Positions 53,716-56,918 of a stretch of DNA of 56,918 bases are shown in pieces (position 1 is the first letter of the stretch; every line of letters begins with the position of its first letter). The DNA comes from Candidatus Pelethomonas sp. Its GTDB lineage: Bacteria; Bacillota; Clostridia; Oscillospirales; Oscillospiraceae. The translations under genes were made by a program, and so were the position numbers. The stretch spans positions 1-56,918 of the forward strand of contig JAZLEB010000043.1 of assembly GCA_045615065.1 (NCBI GenBank), read 5' to 3'. The notes beneath the pieces were generated by a model. The model was not told the DNA's origin. It did no database searches and was given only the letters and a program-made list of their open reading frames with translations.

Positions 53716-55893
53716 ATGTCAGAAAACCAGACCAACAAGGAACGACTGAAAGAAATCACAGACAGCATCGAAGCAGGTATCAAAGAGTTGTTTGCCAGCG
53801 ACAAGTATGCCCAGTACCTTCAAGTGATGAGCCGCTTTCACCGATACAGTGTCAACAACCAGATGCTCATCTACTTACAGAGGCCGGATGCTACCCTTGT
53901 TGCCGGGTTCAACAAGTGGAAAGACCAGTTTCAGCGCAATGTGATGAAGGGCGAAAAGGGCATCAAGATCATTGCGCCTACGCCGTTCAAAAAGAAGATC
54001 GAGGAGCAGAAGATGGACCCGGATACCATGCTCCCTCTGCTGGATGCGGAGGGCAATCCTATCATGGAGGAAAAGGAGATCAAAATCCCTATGTTCAAAC
54101 CAGTCACCGTCTTTGATGTGTCCCAGACAGACGGTAAACCTCTGCCGGAGCTGGCATCAGACCTCACCGGCAGTGTCCAGAACTACGATATCTTCATGGA
54201 GGCGCTGCGAAGATCCTCGCCCGTGCCCATCGACATCAAACCCATTCGCGATAGTGCGGATGGGTTTTTCTCTTTGAATGCCCAGCGCATCACCATTCGC
54301 GAGGGTATGAGCGAGGTGCAGACGATCTCTGCTGCCATCCATGAGATTGCTCATGCCCTACTCCACAATGTCAGAAATACAGAACAGGCCAAAGATCGCA
54401 ATACCGAGGAGGTTGAAGCAGAGAGCATTTCCTTTGCAGTCTGCGCCTATTACGGCATCGCCACCGGTGAGAATAGCTTCGGTTATATCGCCACATGGTC
54501 GAAAGACAAGGAACTGAAGGAACTGCGCTCCAGTCTGGAGACTATCAACAAGACTGCATCCCAGCTTATTGAGGACATTGACCGCAACTACGCTGCCATC
54601 GTGAAGGAACGAGAAGCGGAGCTGCCCGACCCAGAAAAGCCAGAGAAGCCGCTGTCTGAAATGAATGTGCTGGAGATGGTGGAGCACTTCATGGCGCAGG
54701 GTATGACCGAGGAGCAGGCCAATAACCTTGCCAACTCCGAGTGGCAGGCACGGCAGACAGAACAGACTATCCCCGATGCGGAACTGGAGGTCGAAGAAGC
54801 GCTGTATATTCTGGACGAGGAACAGTATCTTCATATCCAGCGCAGCGAGGCAGGAACTTGGGACTGCACCTTCTATGACAAGAAAACCAACGAACTGAAA
54901 GACGGCGGTTTTCTGGATGAACCGGATCTCACCATTGAGGAAGCACGGGACATCATTCTCATGGAGCTGGGTTTTGAGCCGGAGAATATTGAAGCTATTC
55001 CGCAAGAGTTTCTTGCCGATACGCTGGAGGTGATCCAGAACTCCGTACTGGCAGAAACGGAAAAGGCGGTGGCGAAGATCCGCGAGATGGAAACGGCAGT
55101 GAAAAGCACCGTGTATCTTCCCGACCCCACGCTGACCATCGAGATGATGAACCGTTACGGCTATATGGATACCACCATGCTGCCCCTCTCCAAAGACCGA
55201 GCCAGAGAACTCATGGAGCGGGATGTGACAGTCTATGCGCTTCATGTGGACACTACTGAGGCGATGGTCTTTGACGAGAGCGATCTGGACAACCATGACG
55301 GACTGTTTGGCGTTGCTGTGGATGACTGGGAGGAAGTCAGAGGGGATATTCCCGTGAGAGATATAGAGCAGCGTTTCTTGACCTCTCCAACGGATTCCAT
55401 GATGATCTACCAACTGCGGGAAGATGCACCTGTGGAGCTGCATTTCCGTGGTCTTGACCGTCTGAAATCTCCACCCAACCCTGTCAACTATGATACCATC
55501 TATACCAGCGAGGTTGTTCCGGATAGCAGTATCAATAAAACGCTGGAAAACATCTACTACACCTTCAACGTCGAGCGCCCCGGCGATTTCGTCGGTCACA
55601 GCCTGTCCGTCAGCGACATCGTTGCCTTAAAGCTGGATGGTAAGGTATCCTATCACTACTGTGACAGCATTGGCTTCAAGGAACTGCCCAATTTCAAACC
55701 GGATAATCCTCTGCGTAATGCAGAAATGTCCACAGAGGATGACTACGGCATGATCGACGACCTCATCAACAACGGTCGTCGGGAGGATTCGGTGGAAAAA
55801 AGCACACGCCCCTCTATCCTTGCCCAGCTGCGGGATCTGAAACCGGAAACCAAGACCAGTACGAAAACTAAGAAAATCGAAAAGGAGCGATAA
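53716..55893 (+). CDS. ArdC-like antirestriction/polyvalent protein (ssDNA-binding N-domain + HExxH metalloprotease + C-terminal YodL-like region)
   Basis: Start trimmed to MSENQTNKERL. FHRYSVNNQMLIYLQRPDATLVAGFNKWKDQFQRNVMKGEKGIKIIAP is the ArdC N-domain. AIHEIAHALLH is the zinc protease motif. Confidence 0.8.
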   Translation: MSENQTNKERLKEITDSIEAGIKELFASDKYAQYLQVMSRFHRYSVNNQMLIYLQRPDATLVAGFNKWKDQFQRNVMKGEKGIKIIAPTPFKKKIEEQKMDPDTMLPLLDAEGNPIMEEKEIKIPMFKPVTVFDVSQTDGKPLPELASDLTGSVQNYDIFMEALRRSSPVPIDIKPIRDSADGFFSLNAQRITIREGMSEVQTISAAIHEIAHALLHNVRNTEQAKDRNTEEVEAESISFAVCAYYGIATGENSFGYIATWSKDKELKELRSSLETINKTASQLIEDIDRNYAAIVKEREAELPDPEKPEKPLSEMNVLEMVEHFMAQGMTEEQANNLANSEWQARQTEQTIPDAELEVEEALYILDEEQYLHIQRSEAGTWDCTFYDKKTNELKDGGFLDEPDLTIEEARDIILMELGFEPENIEAIPQEFLADTLEVIQNSVLAETEKAVAKIREMETAVKSTVYLPDPTLTIEMMNRYGYMDTTMLPLSKDRARELMERDVTVYALHVDTTEAMVFDESDLDNHDGLFGVAVDDWEEVRGDIPVRDIEQRFLTSPTDSMMIYQLREDAPVELHFRGLDRLKSPPNPVNYDTIYTSEVVPDSSINKTLENIYYTFNVERPGDFVGHSLSVSDIVALKLDGKVSYHYCDSIGFKELPNFKPDNPLRNAEMSTEDDYGMIDDLINNGRREDSVEKSTRPSILAQLRDLKPETKTSTKTKKIEKER

Positions 55894-55896
55894 ACT

Positions 55897-56127
55897 ATGA
55901 CCTTCACCAACGACGAACTGAACATCATGTGCATCTACGATACCGGCACCAGAACAGGACTTCTGGAAGCCCTCGCCACCATGAAAGAGGTGCTGGAACC
56001 GGAGGAAACGGAACTCCGGGAAATGACGGATTCCGTGATCGGCAAGCTGAACGCTATGACCGATGCGGAATATGCGGAGCTTGAACTGTTCCCCGATTTC
56101 GATAAGGAGGATGCGGATGGCAAGTAA
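55897..56127 (+). CDS. Transposon-transfer assisting protein (TTRAP family)
   Basis: MTFTNDELNIMCIYDTGTRTGLLEALATMKEVLEPEETELREMTDSVIGKLNAMTDAEYAELELF. Confidence 0.65.
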   Translation: MTFTNDELNIMCIYDTGTRTGLLEALATMKEVLEPEETELREMTDSVIGKLNAMTDAEYAELELFPDFDKEDADGK

Positions 56128-56133
56128 GCGGAT

Positions 56134-56736
56134 ATGAAAACACTCTCCGAGCACCCGCATCCTGTTGACGGCTTTGCCGGGATGACGGTGCGTGGCGATG
56201 TGCTCACCGACAAGGAGAATGCCGGTGCTGCACTGGTGGATGCGTTCAAGGAAGTCAAGGGACTGGAGCCTGTGGAGGTTGGCAGCTACCGTGGCTTCAA
56301 GTTGTTCCTCACGCTGGAGGATTTCGGACGGGAGTATGTGCTGACCATCCGTGGTCAAATGCCCCATCGTGTGACGCTGGGCAAAGATCCTCGCGGTAAT
56401 CTCACCCGCTTTGAGAATGCGCTGAATGCCATGCCGGAGCGGTTGGCTGCGGCACAGGCCAGAGTGGACAGTCTGCATGACCAGATGGAGAACGCAAAGA
56501 CGGAGCTGGGCAAACCGTTCCCGCAGGAAGAGGAACTGCGAGTGAAGTCCGCCAGACTGACGGAACTGAACATCGAGCTGAACATTGATGACAAGACCCC
56601 AATGGAGCAGTTGGTGGAGGAAGCGACGGAGGATAAGATTGCAAAAGCTTCCAGACCATCTATCCTCGATCAGCTCAAAACAATTCAGCCGGTGCGTGGG
56701 AAGGCACACCAAAAACAAAAGGAGGAGGTTCGATAA
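56134..56736 (+). CDS. 200-aa ORF resembling only the extreme C-terminus of the giant ICE helicase/methyltransferase proteins (possible remnant)
   Basis: ...VEVGSYRGFKLFLTLEDFGREYVLTIRGQMPHRVTLGKDPRGNLTRFENALNAMPERLAAAQARVDSLHDQMENAKTELGKPFPQEEELRVKSARLTELN matches my memory of the tail of ~2000-3000-aa SNF2/methylase proteins found at this position in related ICEs. Confidence 0.5.
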   Translation: MKTLSEHPHPVDGFAGMTVRGDVLTDKENAGAALVDAFKEVKGLEPVEVGSYRGFKLFLTLEDFGREYVLTIRGQMPHRVTLGKDPRGNLTRFENALNAMPERLAAAQARVDSLHDQMENAKTELGKPFPQEEELRVKSARLTELNIELNIDDKTPMEQLVEEATEDKIAKASRPSILDQLKTIQPVRGKAHQKQKEEVR

Positions 56737-56738
56737 TT

Positions 56739-56918
56739 ATGGATGGTGAAAAGATTACGGTGCTCGTTGTGGAACCGGAGCAGAAGCCCTATGTGAAAGA
56801 AATCGGCGCTGACCTTGCTGCATTGCAGGCAGAGGTTGGTGGCTACATTCAAGCCGTGTACCCCTATGAGGAATCTGTGGCATTGGTAATGGACGAGGAG
56901 GCAAAGCTGACCGGCAAG
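56739..56918 (+). CDS. DUF3846-like protein, 5' part (runs off the right edge)
   Basis: Read by hand: ATG 56739 after AAGGAGGAGG gives MDGEKITVLVVEPEQKPYVKEIGADLAALQAEVGGYIQAVYPYEESVALVMDEEAKLTGK... Confidence 0.6.
   Translation, partial: MDGEKITVLVVEPEQKPYVKEIGADLAALQAEVGGYIQAVYPYEESVALVMDEEAKLTGK

Larger units (their letters stand above)
23142..56918 (+). mobile_element. Integrative conjugative element, Tn1549/CTn4-like (left end in sigG; right end beyond the window)
   Basis: An uninterrupted plus-strand array: ParB-like, replication-initiator-like, PcfB, VirD4-type T4CP, Maff2, VirB6-like, PrgI, VirB4-like, NlpC/P60, DUF4315, DUF4366, topoisomerase III, ArdC-like, TTRAP and DUF3846 genes. 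It starts exactly where the sigG homology breaks. The left boundary is uncertain by about +/-20 nt. Confidence 0.85.

Overview
The window has two parts and appears to come from a moderately high-GC, Clostridia-type Firmicute. The evidence for that is AGGAGG-type RBSs, a SigG-type sporulation sigma factor and Gram-positive conjugation genes. All protein family names are my own motif-level recognition from the translations; no searches were run.

PART A (1 to about 23.14 kb) is ordinary chromosome, mostly on the minus strand. It holds:
- a partial ABC exporter;
- a compact LytTR regulator / peptidase-C15-like / transmembrane-less GHKL kinase operon;
- a G5+3D cell-wall protein;
- a six-gene operon joining a CUT1-type ABC importer to a secreted staphylococcal-nuclease-like lipoprotein and an 831-aa lipoprotein made of six tandem OB-like repeats;
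- an RDD protein, a PHP phosphoesterase, a hybrid histidine kinase, an HD-GYP protein, an acyltransferase and a MATE pump;
- the 3' two-thirds of a sigG-like gene.

PART B (about 23.14 kb to the right edge) is the left ~34 kb of a Tn1549/CTn4-family integrative conjugative element (ICE). Its insertion has cut the sigG-like gene. The ICE carries ParB-like and replication-initiator-like genes, a cluster of paralogous secreted surface proteins, PcfB, a VirD4-type coupling protein, Maff2, VirB6-like, PrgI and VirB4-like genes, an NlpC/P60 hydrolase, DUF4315, DUF4366, topoisomerase III, an ArdC-like protein, TTRAP and DUF3846.

Main observations:
1. The VirB4-like ATPase carries a 137-aa mini-intein exactly inside its Walker A loop.
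2. The coupling-protein gene is split by a nested ~10.1-kb Tn4451-like mobilisable element. That element has a large serine recombinase, MobA/MobL relaxase, CHC2 primase-like protein, TnpW-like protein, ECF sigma/anti-sigma pair and cargo. Its recombinase start overlaps the stop of the truncated coupling protein.
3. Inside the nested element, a ~30-nt junction motif recurs at the boundaries of four unrelated small genes, in a cassette-like pattern.
4. The ICE topoisomerase III gene is frameshifted in an (AGAA)4A4 tract.
5. An AT-rich single-gene island (M28-like peptidase with a membrane insertion) sits in the ICE backbone.

I found no rRNA, tRNA or CRISPR array.
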